DNA of 64,000 bases from an uncultured Candidatus Saccharibacteria bacterium (lineage in GTDB: Bacteria > Patescibacteriota > Doudnabacteria > UBA920), in the NCBI GenBank assembly GCA_964416765.1, contig CAYQEU010000002.1:78877-142876 (forward strand). Direction: 5' to 3'. How positions within the stretch are numbered: position 1 is the first letter of the stretch; the number at the start of each line of letters is the position of its first letter. The notes below the pieces were generated by a model. It was not told the origin of the DNA. It ran no database searches and saw only the letters and a program-made list of their open reading frames with translations. Below are positions 7,795-17,518 of the stretch, in pieces. Both the position numbers and the translations under genes were made by a program.

Positions 7795-8838
7795 TTACTT
7801 ACTGTTCGACAGGAGTAACGAATCTTTGGTGAACGGAATGTTCAACCGCTCGCCGGAACGGCCGAGCTTCCCTAAGTTCTGGCCATTAAGCACTGCGCTT
7901 ACACTGCCGGCATCATTAGTCTGCAGATTGATGCTGGACTTTGCCGAAACTTCTTCAGTGGAATTCTTTTTCATGGTCTTCTGGTCAGGGGTGCCGCTGT
8001 CAGAAATAATGGTGCGAACCGTGTCTTTGGCGTACTTCAAGTGCAGTTGGAGGTCGCTGGAGTTGTTTCCAGATGTATCGCCAGATGAAGCGGTATTGTT
8101 TCCCGATTGGCCAGATGCAGAGGGGTCAGGATTTGCGGCCGAGCCAGTGTCAGTGGCCAAACTTTGCGGCGGCTGTACTACCACCAAAATTTGCCTGCTG
8201 GTCTGGCGGTCAAACTTGTTAGTGGCTTTGATGTCTAAAACTTTTTGGCCGGCCACCGCGCCCAAGGTAACGTTGAATTTGCCTTCGCCATCCACAAACA
8301 CTTCCTGGTCGTTAATGAGCACTGCTGTTCCCGGGTCAGTTTTGCCGGAGACCTTGATAGACCCGTCATTTATAACACTACCACTAGTAGGCTCAAGAAT
8401 TGTTAAAGTCGGGTCGCGGTCAATCGCGGCAACGGAAGCGGACAAATATATAACAATAGCCAAAACTCCAGTAACCCCTACAACGAGGGAGAGAAGTTTT
8501 GGCGTAATTATCATGCGAGAAAAGTACGCACGAAAGCCTTTGCTATTTTCTACTTCAGTTTTGGTGGCTTGCTCTAAAATTCCCCGCTCTTTCTGGTACT
8601 GAGCAACTACCTGATCGCAGGAGATATTATATAGAGCGGATAATTTGTTTAAAAACCCGATAATATAGACATCGGGGGGCAATTTATGAAAATCGCCTGA
8701 TTCTAACTGCTGTAAAAATTTTTCACCAATTCCAGTGGTGCGGGAAACTTCTTTGATAGATAAGCCAAGATGTGTCCTGACTTCATGTAAGTATTCGCTT
8801 AGGGTCTCAATTGCAAGCTTTTTTGTTTGAAATACCAT
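7795..8838 (-). CDS. RodZ-like protein (HTH, TM helix, Ig-like and C-terminal extracellular domains)
   Basis: N-terminal HTH (LESGDFHKLPPDVYIIGF), single TM, C-terminal DAGSV...NG motif; sits between ftsK and recA. Confidence 0.75.
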   Translation of the reverse strand: MVFQTKKLAIETLSEYLHEVRTHLGLSIKEVSRTTGIGEKFLQQLESGDFHKLPPDVYIIGFLNKLSALYNISCDQVVAQYQKERGILEQATKTEVENSKGFRAYFSRMIITPKLLSLVVGVTGVLAIVIYLSASVAAIDRDPTLTILEPTSGSVINDGSIKVSGKTDPGTAVLINDQEVFVDGEGKFNVTLGAVAGQKVLDIKATNKFDRQTSRQILVVVQPPQSLATDTGSAANPDPSASGQSGNNTASSGDTSGNNSSDLQLHLKYAKDTVRTIISDSGTPDQKTMKKNSTEEVSAKSSINLQTNDAGSVSAVLNGQNLGKLGRSGERLNIPFTKDSLLLSNSK

Positions 8839-8911
8839 AATTTATCTAATGTTTCTCTCTGTTTTCTCCAATATTTAATGTACCAGACTGGATGTAAGCG
8901 GGCAAGCGGGC

Positions 8912-11143
8912 TTATGGCCGCATATCCGGAACATCGTCATCATCTGATTCTATGCCGTATTCCGCTTTTTCGTCGTCCGGCACTACGCCATAAACTTCAC
9001 GGGGTTTGGCACCTTCGCCAGGGCCAATAATCCCGTTGTCTTCAAGGAGGTCGAGCAGGCGGGCGGCGCGGGCGTAACCAACACGCAGGCGGCGCTGGAG
9101 CAATGAAGCGGAAGCTTTGCCGGCGCGCATGACTTCGGCCTTGGCGTCTTCGTACAAGTCATCGTCCACGTCCTCTCCCCCGAGACCCGGAACACCGGAG
9201 TTGCGCTTGGGCTTCTCGGTAATCTCTTCGTCGTAAATAACAGCGCCAGTCTGTCCCTTAAAGAATTCAACAACGCGCTTCACTTCTTTCTCGCCAATGT
9301 AAGCGCCTTGCACGCGGCGCGGTTTGGTGAACTCGGCGGAGACAAACAACATGTCACCATTGCCCAAAAGTTTTTCCGCGCCGGAAGAATCCAAAATAGT
9401 GCGACTGTCAATTTGGCTGGCAACGGCAAACGCGACACGGGTGGTGATGTTGGCTTTAATCAAACCGGTGATGATTTCAACAGAAGGACGCTGGGTGGCC
9501 AAGACGAGGTGAATACCAACGGCGCGCGCCATTTGCGCGAGACGGACAATAGCCGCTTCAACTTCCTGCTGGGCTACGGCCATAAGGTCCGCCAACTCAT
9601 CTACCAACACTACAATGTAAGGAAGCTTCAATTCATTGTCTTCGTTATATTCAGAAATGTTGCGCTTGCCAGCTTCGCTCAAAAGTTTGTAGCGGCGGTC
9701 CATTTCCGCCACGGCCCACTTAAGTGCGTTAATCGCTTTGTCGCTTTCCGTAATAACCGGAGTGAGCAAGTGAGGAATACCGTTGTACAAATTCAATTCC
9801 ACGCGCTTCGGGTCGACCACAATGAACTTCACATCCTGCGGGGTGTTGCGGTAAAGCAAAGAGATAAACAAAGAGTTAATGGCCACGGACTTACCGGTAC
9901 CGGTAGCACCGGCAATGAGTAAGTGGGGCATCTTGGCAAGATCGGCAATCATGGGCCGGCCGGCAACGTCACGACCAAGGCCCAGAGCCAGCTTACCCTT
10001 AAAGTTAACAAAATCAGTGGTTTGCATAACTTCACGAAGGCGCACAATAGCCGTGGATTTATTGGGGATTTCAATGCCTACCAAAGCCTTTCCTGGGATC
10101 GGCAATTCCATGCGAATCGAGTGTGCGGACAAAGCCAAAGCCAAGTCATTTTGCAAAGCGGCAATCTGGGAAAGTTTGACGCCCATGGCCGGGCGCAAAG
10201 TGTACTGGGTTACTGTCGGGCCGACATTCACTTCCCCCATTTCCACGTCGATGCCAAAGTCACGCAAAGTTTGGTGGATGAGAGTGACGTTATTTTCAAT
10301 GTTGCCGCTGTCGACTTCGGTCTTGTTATCATCAAGCAAATCAAATGGCGGCAGTTTCCAGTCCCGGCGGTCCTTCAGCTGAATCGCTTCCAGCTTAATG
10401 CTGTCGCTAACGGGAGCCTGGACTTTAATTGGAGTCGGTCTTTGCATTCGCTCGGCAACTTCTTCTGCCTTGTCATTCTTGTCTACCACTTCTTCTTCCA
10501 CAAACTCCCCGTCGCTGTCTTCCTCATCCTCTTCATCGTTCATGGAGTTGATGGTAACCTTGTCGGTTTTTTCACGACGGACTAACTTAAGCAAATGCGC
10601 TGGCGCGATGTTGAAAGTAACAAGAACGCCGATGACAATTAAACCGAGCAGTACCAACAAGCCACCCCATAGTCCCAGCAACGCGTGCAGTGGTCCGGCC
10701 AAAAGAGCACCAAGATAACCGCCGCCGCGTCCCTGCCCAGCAAGGCCAAACGCGTCAGTAGTTTCACTCAACAAAAGCATGTGAACGAACCCCGCAATAC
10801 TGGCAACCAAAAGCAAAGCGCCTAAGTAAGTGCGGGCGTACTCGTATTCACCGGTTTCTTCGTCCTGGTCCATGCGGAACAATGCCCAGGCAATGGACAC
10901 AAACACAACCGGGGTCAGGAATTCCATGAAGCCGAACAGTTTGCCGAACAAGGAAGCCAGCGCGGTGCCCAAGGTACCGGCTAGACCAAGCAGGCTCAAC
11001 CCGGTAATGCCGGCGAGTATGACGAAGATTATGATGGCGATTCCCCGTTTGGTTTCGGGGGCTAGGTTTAGTTTAGGTTTCGGGAGGGAGTCAAAACGGC
11101 CGTTTCCGTCTTTTTTACGGGAGTCTCTTTGTTTTTTAGCCAT
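8912..11143 (-). CDS. ftsK: DNA translocase FtsK/SpoIIIE
   Basis: N-terminal TMs, AGATGTGKS, ATQRPS and gamma domain LQRRLRVGYARAAR. Confidence 0.97.
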   Translation of the reverse strand: MAKKQRDSRKKDGNGRFDSLPKPKLNLAPETKRGIAIIIFVILAGITGLSLLGLAGTLGTALASLFGKLFGFMEFLTPVVFVSIAWALFRMDQDEETGEYEYARTYLGALLLVASIAGFVHMLLLSETTDAFGLAGQGRGGGYLGALLAGPLHALLGLWGGLLVLLGLIVIGVLVTFNIAPAHLLKLVRREKTDKVTINSMNDEEDEEDSDGEFVEEEVVDKNDKAEEVAERMQRPTPIKVQAPVSDSIKLEAIQLKDRRDWKLPPFDLLDDNKTEVDSGNIENNVTLIHQTLRDFGIDVEMGEVNVGPTVTQYTLRPAMGVKLSQIAALQNDLALALSAHSIRMELPIPGKALVGIEIPNKSTAIVRLREVMQTTDFVNFKGKLALGLGRDVAGRPMIADLAKMPHLLIAGATGTGKSVAINSLFISLLYRNTPQDVKFIVVDPKRVELNLYNGIPHLLTPVITESDKAINALKWAVAEMDRRYKLLSEAGKRNISEYNEDNELKLPYIVVLVDELADLMAVAQQEVEAAIVRLAQMARAVGIHLVLATQRPSVEIITGLIKANITTRVAFAVASQIDSRTILDSSGAEKLLGNGDMLFVSAEFTKPRRVQGAYIGEKEVKRVVEFFKGQTGAVIYDEEITEKPKRNSGVPGLGGEDVDDDLYEDAKAEVMRAGKASASLLQRRLRVGYARAARLLDLLEDNGIIGPGEGAKPREVYGVVPDDEKAEYGIESDDDDVPDMRP

Positions 11144-11203
11144 GTATCTATATAAATCGAAAAATCAATAAAAATGGTAGTAAAATCAGATAAATTATAC
11201 CAC

Positions 11204-13114
11204 CTATTTAAGTTTATATATAGATATGCCGTTCTGGCTGTAAGCAGGCTTAAGGCCGCTCGCGGCCAGTTGGCCCTCTAGGGCCGGATACTGCATGTTT
11301 AAGAGGTTATCAACCACCAGAAAGTCTGCTGGAACCCCATCTAGAGCTTCTTTTTTGCCGGTTTTAAAGAAATCCTGGACTTTCATGAGCCGGTCATTGT
11401 AGTCGATCCCATGGGTATAGAGCCAGGTAATATAGCCAACCGTAGCCGTCCGGCCCGCCCCAATGGTCACCCCGTTTAATAAAGACTCTTCGCTCACGTT
11501 AACCGCGGCAGCCGAGAGTACCACCGCGTCATCGCTGCTGTTAGCACGCAGCCAATTGCTGGCTGCCCTCTGCTCCGGGGTAAATTCAGTAACAGTGTTT
11601 TTTACGTTAATTATTATGCCGCGCAGTTTCATAATGGGAATAGGAAGTGACGCCAGCATTATCAAAAACAAAATAGCGAAGCCGGCTTTCTTGGCCCACC
11701 CAATCCATGTGTTAATGGCGAACACCGCGGCAATTCCCGAAAACAACACGGCGTAAACAAAAAGTTTGTTAGTGTCGAAGTCCCAGGTTTGCAGCTGGAC
11801 CAGGTTAGGAATGAGCCAAAGCGCGAGTCCCCCGAACATAAAGATATAGTAAGCGTCACCAGCGCGTCGCCTAATACCGGACAAGGAAAGCAATGGCAGC
11901 AAAAGTAACGCGCCGAAATTGGCAATCATGAAAACAATCCAGGGGTAAAACTTAGACGCGCCCGGGAACGGCAGATTCAATCTCCCCACTTCAGTGGAGG
12001 AAGTCATCCAACCGAAACGCAGCAAAGGCACGCCGCCCAAATTGTACTGCGGCGCGATGAACATGATGATGAGCGGGACAATGGCGGTGAATGTTCCGTA
12101 GAACACGACGCCCCGAATGAAGTCGAATGCCATGGGGTTGCGACGAAGAATATAGTAGACCAGCACAACGGCATAGAAAATTCCACCGGCAAAGAAACTG
12201 TGGCTATGGGCGAGGGGCAACAGCCCAAACAAGAACCCGGCCCACTTCCAGGCAGTTAGGTTTTCTTCCCGCACGCCACGAACAAATGCGAGCAAAGAAA
12301 ATAGCAACAACGGCAAACCTAGAACAAACGCGCGCTGTACCGTAAGGAAGCTGGCGACTAGTCCGGCGTAGTTAATGTGCTGTTGGGGAAAAGTAATAGA
12401 GAGAGCGTCCGCGTTAAAGTTGTAATGGTAAATGTACGCCAGACCGCCGCCGAACAAAACCAGGACGGCAACTAAAACCGATTGCCAACGCGTGAGCCCC
12501 AACGCCCGGCAAAGGGCAAGCAGGCCGTAAAGCAGGGCGAAAATAAGGAGAATAATAGGGAGATGGTAGGAAGCAGTAAGTACTGAGCCAAACTTCAGCA
12601 TGACTCCCGAAAACTGATTGATAAGGTACGGATAACGAATGAATTCCCCAGCGAAGTTCGGCTCTTCAAAATGCCAATTCGGACTTTGGGCCACGCGTTC
12701 CACTTGGGACAAGTGGTACACTACGTCCACGGAAGCATTGCGGGGAATATGGGTTTCGATATTGCCGGTTAAAGTGCGGGACTGGAGGAAACACAAGAAT
12801 AATCCCAGTACCACAACCACCCCGGCTATCCAGTACAATTCTTTGCCAAAGCCGTTCCAGAGTTTTATGCCCCTGCCGCCGCGCATCCAAAGCACCGCCG
12901 CAACCAAAATCATAATTCCCAAACTTACTCCCGCAGCCGCTCCAGTAGGCAAGACAAAAGAAAAAGCAGAGGTGAGCAAACTGCTTACGACAATTCCGAA
13001 CGGGACGCTGACAACCAAAGCCTCACGGCCTGACTTAAACACAGTCGAACCAAGTCGTCGGATAATGAAGAAGCTGGCAGCTATGGTTAAAACTAAATAG
13101 ATGATCCCAAACAT
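11204..13114 (-). CDS. Large polytopic membrane protein, probable GT-C fold glycosyltransferase
   Basis: More than 12 TMs, D..YH and YPYL loop motifs, C-terminal soluble domain. Confidence 0.55.
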   Translation of the reverse strand: MFGIIYLVLTIAASFFIIRRLGSTVFKSGREALVVSVPFGIVVSSLLTSAFSFVLPTGAAAGVSLGIMILVAAVLWMRGGRGIKLWNGFGKELYWIAGVVVVLGLFLCFLQSRTLTGNIETHIPRNASVDVVYHLSQVERVAQSPNWHFEEPNFAGEFIRYPYLINQFSGVMLKFGSVLTASYHLPIILLIFALLYGLLALCRALGLTRWQSVLVAVLVLFGGGLAYIYHYNFNADALSITFPQQHINYAGLVASFLTVQRAFVLGLPLLLFSLLAFVRGVREENLTAWKWAGFLFGLLPLAHSHSFFAGGIFYAVVLVYYILRRNPMAFDFIRGVVFYGTFTAIVPLIIMFIAPQYNLGGVPLLRFGWMTSSTEVGRLNLPFPGASKFYPWIVFMIANFGALLLLPLLSLSGIRRRAGDAYYIFMFGGLALWLIPNLVQLQTWDFDTNKLFVYAVLFSGIAAVFAINTWIGWAKKAGFAILFLIMLASLPIPIMKLRGIIINVKNTVTEFTPEQRAASNWLRANSSDDAVVLSAAAVNVSEESLLNGVTIGAGRTATVGYITWLYTHGIDYNDRLMKVQDFFKTGKKEALDGVPADFLVVDNLLNMQYPALEGQLAASGLKPAYSQNGISIYKLK

Positions 13115-13159
13115 GGTTAAAGTTTAACATAAAAGCCCCTCACTTGAGGGGCTCTAAAC

Positions 13160-13795
13160 TTATAATCCTTTGACCTTAACTTTCTTGGTCTTGGCTTTGG
13201 CAGCCTTTGGAATGATGATGGTCAGGATGCCGTCCTTGTAGTCAGCTTCAATGCTTTCGCTGTCGATGTCGACCGGGACAATCACACTGCGGGAGAACCC
13301 GCCCCAGTAGCATTCCTGGTAGAAATAGTCGTCCTGGGCAATCTTTTCTTCTTTGACGCGTTCACCCTTGATGGTGACCATATCGTTAGCCACGGTAATG
13401 TCGATGTCTTCGGGACGTACACCGGCAATTGTAGACTTGATGATGACATTGTCCTTGGTTTGGTACATGTCGATGTTCAAGGCGCCTTCATAATCGCTCA
13501 TCCAGTCTTCTTCCCGCTGGTCACCCTGGGGAGCTGGCTCGATTTCAGCGTCGTCTTCTTCCTCTTCTTCTTCGTCAGCTTCGGCATCATCGCCCTCTTC
13601 CGGGTCACCCTCTTCGGCCTGGCCTTCATCTTCCTCATCATCTACGTACTCTTCTTCATCCACCTCCACGAGCTCTTCGGAGTCATCTAACTCGTCGTCC
13701 ATCTCACCCGGAGTCTCAATTAGGTCTTCGTCGGGGTCTGAGGCAACGTCTCCTCCCATAATCTTTCCAAAAAATGATTTTTCTTTCTTAGGCAT
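13160..13795 (-). CDS. Hsp20/alpha-crystallin small heat shock protein with an acidic N-terminal extension
   Basis: IDMYQT, GVRPEDIDI, FSRS and YKDGILTI.IPK motifs. Confidence 0.9.
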   Translation of the reverse strand: MPKKEKSFFGKIMGGDVASDPDEDLIETPGEMDDELDDSEELVEVDEEEYVDDEEDEGQAEEGDPEEGDDAEADEEEEEEDDAEIEPAPQGDQREEDWMSDYEGALNIDMYQTKDNVIIKSTIAGVRPEDIDITVANDMVTIKGERVKEEKIAQDDYFYQECYWGGFSRSVIVPVDIDSESIEADYKDGILTIIIPKAAKAKTKKVKVKGL

Positions 13796-13858
13796 GGTAA
13801 AACGTTAATCTATATCCATAGTAGGGTATATAAACGCCGCCGTCAAACCTGTGAAACC

Positions 13859-14986
13859 TTATTTTAAAAGGGTGTTTATGGCGGAAATTACCGCTTGTCC
13901 AAGCCTGTTTTCCTGGGTTATATCTTGCCAGGCAGAGTTGGCCTGGAGCGACTCTCTAAAATCGTGGGTGGTTATTTCGGCATGTGTCCATTCAGCCAAC
14001 TCAGAAGGTTTCACACCGGTAGAAACGGGCATTATAAGCCCTTTTTCCATAAGGTAGTTATAGTTGTGCTCTTCCTGCCCTGGAAGCCAGTGGGTAATTA
14101 GCAAGGGCAGCTGCCACTGTAGGCTCTCTGCTACAGAAAGTCCCCCGGGCTTGGTTACAAAGATATCGGCAATAGCATAGAGCTTGGCCATGGGTTTAAA
14201 GTAGCCGAACACTATGGCCTGGGTGCCGGAGAGGGCAGTTTCGAGTTCATGGCGCAGGGATTCATTTTTGCCGCAGACTATGACCACCCGGGCAGTGGGC
14301 GATTTGGCTTTGAGAGCATCCACAAACTCCCGGTAGTAGGAGACTGCCACACCGGTGCCAAGGGAACCGGAAGCCATGAGGACTACCGGAGCCTTAGGGG
14401 AGATACCCAGCTGGTCCAATACTTCAGCAGTATCTACAGTAGCGCGGGGCTTTAAAGTAATGCCGCAGACCGCAATTTTCTTTTCCCCTATCCCCTGCTC
14501 CCTCATAGAAATTTTTTGTTCAGGGATATTGGCTAGGTAAAAGTCGGCGTTGTCATAAACCCAATACGGGTGGAAGTGGTAATCGCTAAACGCAATGGCA
14601 AACTTTCCCTGGTAGTCACCGGCTTTTTTTAAGTGGCTGACAATTGCGGATGCCGTTGTTTGAGTGGTTATGACCAGGTCAGGTTCAAAGTCGGCAATAA
14701 GCTGGGCGGCCCGGTCGGAGTTGCCGGCAGCAAGAGGAACCCTCAAAGGAAGAGACAGTTTTGTGAACAGTTTGTTGTTATACAAAAACTTCCATACGAA
14801 TGGAAGATGTTTGTTGACGAACTGGTGGAGGGAGGTTCCGAGTTTGACGAGTGGGCCAGATTGGACTTCGAGGATGTCTTCCAAACGCACGTCATAACCG
14901 GCATGGCTTAAATGCCAGCCGATGTTTTCAGCGATGATCTTGTGGCCAAGGCCGACAGAGGTGTAGAAGATGAGGATGCGTTTCAT
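13859..14986 (-). CDS. GT28 glycosyltransferase, MGDG synthase/UgtP-like
   Basis: SVGLGH, VCGKN, TKPGGLS..E and PGQEEHN motifs. Confidence 0.85.
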   Translation of the reverse strand: MKRILIFYTSVGLGHKIIAENIGWHLSHAGYDVRLEDILEVQSGPLVKLGTSLHQFVNKHLPFVWKFLYNNKLFTKLSLPLRVPLAAGNSDRAAQLIADFEPDLVITTQTTASAIVSHLKKAGDYQGKFAIAFSDYHFHPYWVYDNADFYLANIPEQKISMREQGIGEKKIAVCGITLKPRATVDTAEVLDQLGISPKAPVVLMASGSLGTGVAVSYYREFVDALKAKSPTARVVIVCGKNESLRHELETALSGTQAIVFGYFKPMAKLYAIADIFVTKPGGLSVAESLQWQLPLLITHWLPGQEEHNYNYLMEKGLIMPVSTGVKPSELAEWTHAEITTHDFRESLQANSAWQDITQENRLGQAVISAINTLLK

Positions 14987-14992
14987 ACGAGT

Positions 14993-17515
14993 CTATTTTA
15001 AAAGTGTTCGTATAGCGCTTTTTGTCTCTTCTTGAGGTATCAATTCAAAATTATAATGAGAAAATACTTCTAGACCTTTAGAAGGTTGCGATGATTTAGT
15101 CATCCTTTGGAAAACTAATTGCTTATACTTAGTATCCAAATTCTCTGCGAGTTGCTCACCTTTGCTTTCTAATATATATATCAATTCTAGCTGATCGTTT
15201 TCATTAGTTTTTGCGATAATGAAATCTGGGTATATTTTATTCTTTCGCCAAGCCTGTATTTTATAAAATCCTGGAGCAACTTTGTTTCTCATCCACCATA
15301 ATACTTTATCTTGATTTTTCAATTCTTCTACTATTTCTTTTTCGAGAGAATTCATTGTGACGTAGTCTACAGCTAGATGTAGCGATTTAGAGTCGCGAAT
15401 GATTGGTACTAAGACTTTTTCATCACTCTCATCTCTTTTAGCTGGGGCAAAATATGTTTCGGGAACGTTATAACCTCCTTCTTTCGAAATCGCTAAAAAA
15501 ACGGTCCCTTGATTAACTAATTCATCAAATACCGATTCTTCATTCTTATGACACTCTTTTCTTACAAAGCTGGAAAGCTCATGGGCAATGTAGCCAAAAT
15601 CTGTTTCAATGACTTCTCGAGAAAACTTTTCTTCAAGCTTATAAATTATTCTACTTACAAACTCATATGCTACAAAAGGGTTACTAATATATTCTGATAA
15701 AATTTGAGAAATAATATACTCATCTCCGCCCTCAATATTCTCTTTCTCGTAATTTTTGCCTTCTCCCTTATAATTACCTCCCAAAAAATACTGCAGATCT
15801 TTACCGCGTATTTTTTGCCTTCCTATGCTTTGTTCAAGCTTTTCTATTATGGGACTTACATCAATTTTTAACCAATCAATTCTTTGTTGGATATCACTAC
15901 TGTAAGACAAAACTCGAATTCCTTTAGAATCTCTTATGTGCCAGACAGGTAATTTTAAAGATTGTGGAAATTTATTTTTTATTTGTTCTTGAATCGGGAA
16001 ACCATAGTATAACAAGCTTTCCCCACTAGCACCTGAGCTACCTTTAACCGTGTCGATTACATCTTCTAGACCATCAGCTTCGAGTGACTTTTTTATACCC
16101 TTAAGTAATTCTTCACTATCAGCATGATTAAAATATGTATAACATTCATCAAGCTCAGGAATACCAGTTCTCTTGGTATAAGGCTGACGTAAAACACGCC
16201 CCACTAATTGAGTTAATGAGGTAACACTTCGTGAAGTTGGTATCACGCCCAAAACATAAGCAAAAGGGCAGTCCCATCCCTCCATCAAAGCTTGTTTCGT
16301 TATAATATATCTTATATCACAATCTTGAGATAAAAGTACTTCATTTTTTAAATCATCCACATAGGCAGTTTTTACCGCTATTTGAGATACAGGAACTCCC
16401 ATCTCTACCAAATATTCTTTGACATCATCAGCATGAACATGGATTCCATCACGTTTCTCTTTACCTGTCCGCTCAGCTTGTAAAAGAGCTATGGGACGAA
16501 TATAGTATCCCTTGTGTTCTTTATAGTTCTTAGCAATAATTTCTAATTCATCTCTTTTTTCTCTAACATCGTGAATCATCTCTCTCCAATTGTCATTGGT
16601 TTCAGGCCTCACATTTATTGGCAATTTAATCATTTCATCACGATATAAATCCATTCCCTTTATCTTTATAAGAACGTTCATACCATTTCTAGGAGTAGCA
16701 GATAGGCCTATTATGCATCGTGGGTTTAAAGAATCCAAAACCCTCCGTTGAGATTCAGTATAGATTTTGTGAAATTCATCAATAATAAAAAGAGGATTGC
16801 ATACTCTTATAATATTTCCAAGACTTGTCTTAATAGCTTTTTTAGCAAAAATAGTATCCTCCAAATATTCAAGCATCGGAAACTCTTCTGTCAAAGCGTT
16901 TACCTTCGGTTGATCTTGCTCATCAGGAAAAAAATCCAAAAAGGAACCATTGTCTTTAAATATTTTAAGATTTTCTTTTGTTTCTTGATTCGCTGACTGT
17001 ATCATCAGTATCAAAACGATAAGGTTATCATTTACATCTTGAAATCTCAAAGCGTCACTTTTTTGAACCACCAAAGTTCTATCTCCGCTAATCTGATCAA
17101 GAATTTGTCTGTATGGACTAGTCTTATCTTTTAATTTCTCTAACGTTTGTTTATATATTGATTCGCTATGAACAATCCAAACTACTAGACCTGTTTTTCT
17201 TTCTAAGAAATTCTCCTGAAAAACTCTTATGGTTTCAATACCCAGCAAAGTTTTGCCTCCCCCTGTTGGTACTTGCAAGCAGAGTCGAGGATATAACATT
17301 CCATTTGCTTCGGGGAAATCAGAAAATGCCGCATATTCAAGAACTGTTTCCTGCATTTTTTTTACAGGATCCACTATATCCTTTATCATTTCCTGCATCC
17401 CATTCGCTTTCAACTTTTCTATTTTTTGTTCATAGGAAGAAAGTTCATTTTTCCAATGAAGAAAATACGTCTCTAATGCCAGCACGCTTTTTTGTTGCGA
17501 ACTTTTTAAAACCAT
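14993..17515 (-). CDS. res: Type III restriction-modification Res subunit (helicase-nuclease)
   Basis: VPTGGGKT, DEFH, SATP, EGWDCP, QLVGRVLR and C-terminal YPDF...ESKG (PD-ExK). Confidence 0.88.
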   Translation of the reverse strand: MVLKSSQQKSVLALETYFLHWKNELSSYEQKIEKLKANGMQEMIKDIVDPVKKMQETVLEYAAFSDFPEANGMLYPRLCLQVPTGGGKTLLGIETIRVFQENFLERKTGLVVWIVHSESIYKQTLEKLKDKTSPYRQILDQISGDRTLVVQKSDALRFQDVNDNLIVLILMIQSANQETKENLKIFKDNGSFLDFFPDEQDQPKVNALTEEFPMLEYLEDTIFAKKAIKTSLGNIIRVCNPLFIIDEFHKIYTESQRRVLDSLNPRCIIGLSATPRNGMNVLIKIKGMDLYRDEMIKLPINVRPETNDNWREMIHDVREKRDELEIIAKNYKEHKGYYIRPIALLQAERTGKEKRDGIHVHADDVKEYLVEMGVPVSQIAVKTAYVDDLKNEVLLSQDCDIRYIITKQALMEGWDCPFAYVLGVIPTSRSVTSLTQLVGRVLRQPYTKRTGIPELDECYTYFNHADSEELLKGIKKSLEADGLEDVIDTVKGSSGASGESLLYYGFPIQEQIKNKFPQSLKLPVWHIRDSKGIRVLSYSSDIQQRIDWLKIDVSPIIEKLEQSIGRQKIRGKDLQYFLGGNYKGEGKNYEKENIEGGDEYIISQILSEYISNPFVAYEFVSRIIYKLEEKFSREVIETDFGYIAHELSSFVRKECHKNEESVFDELVNQGTVFLAISKEGGYNVPETYFAPAKRDESDEKVLVPIIRDSKSLHLAVDYVTMNSLEKEIVEELKNQDKVLWWMRNKVAPGFYKIQAWRKNKIYPDFIIAKTNENDQLELIYILESKGEQLAENLDTKYKQLVFQRMTKSSQPSKGLEVFSHYNFELIPQEETKSAIRTLLK

Positions 17516-17518
17516 ATA

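Noticed and set aside
7457-8602. 381-aa plus-strand ORF
   Set aside because: Antisense to recA and the RodZ-like gene; no recognisable motifs.
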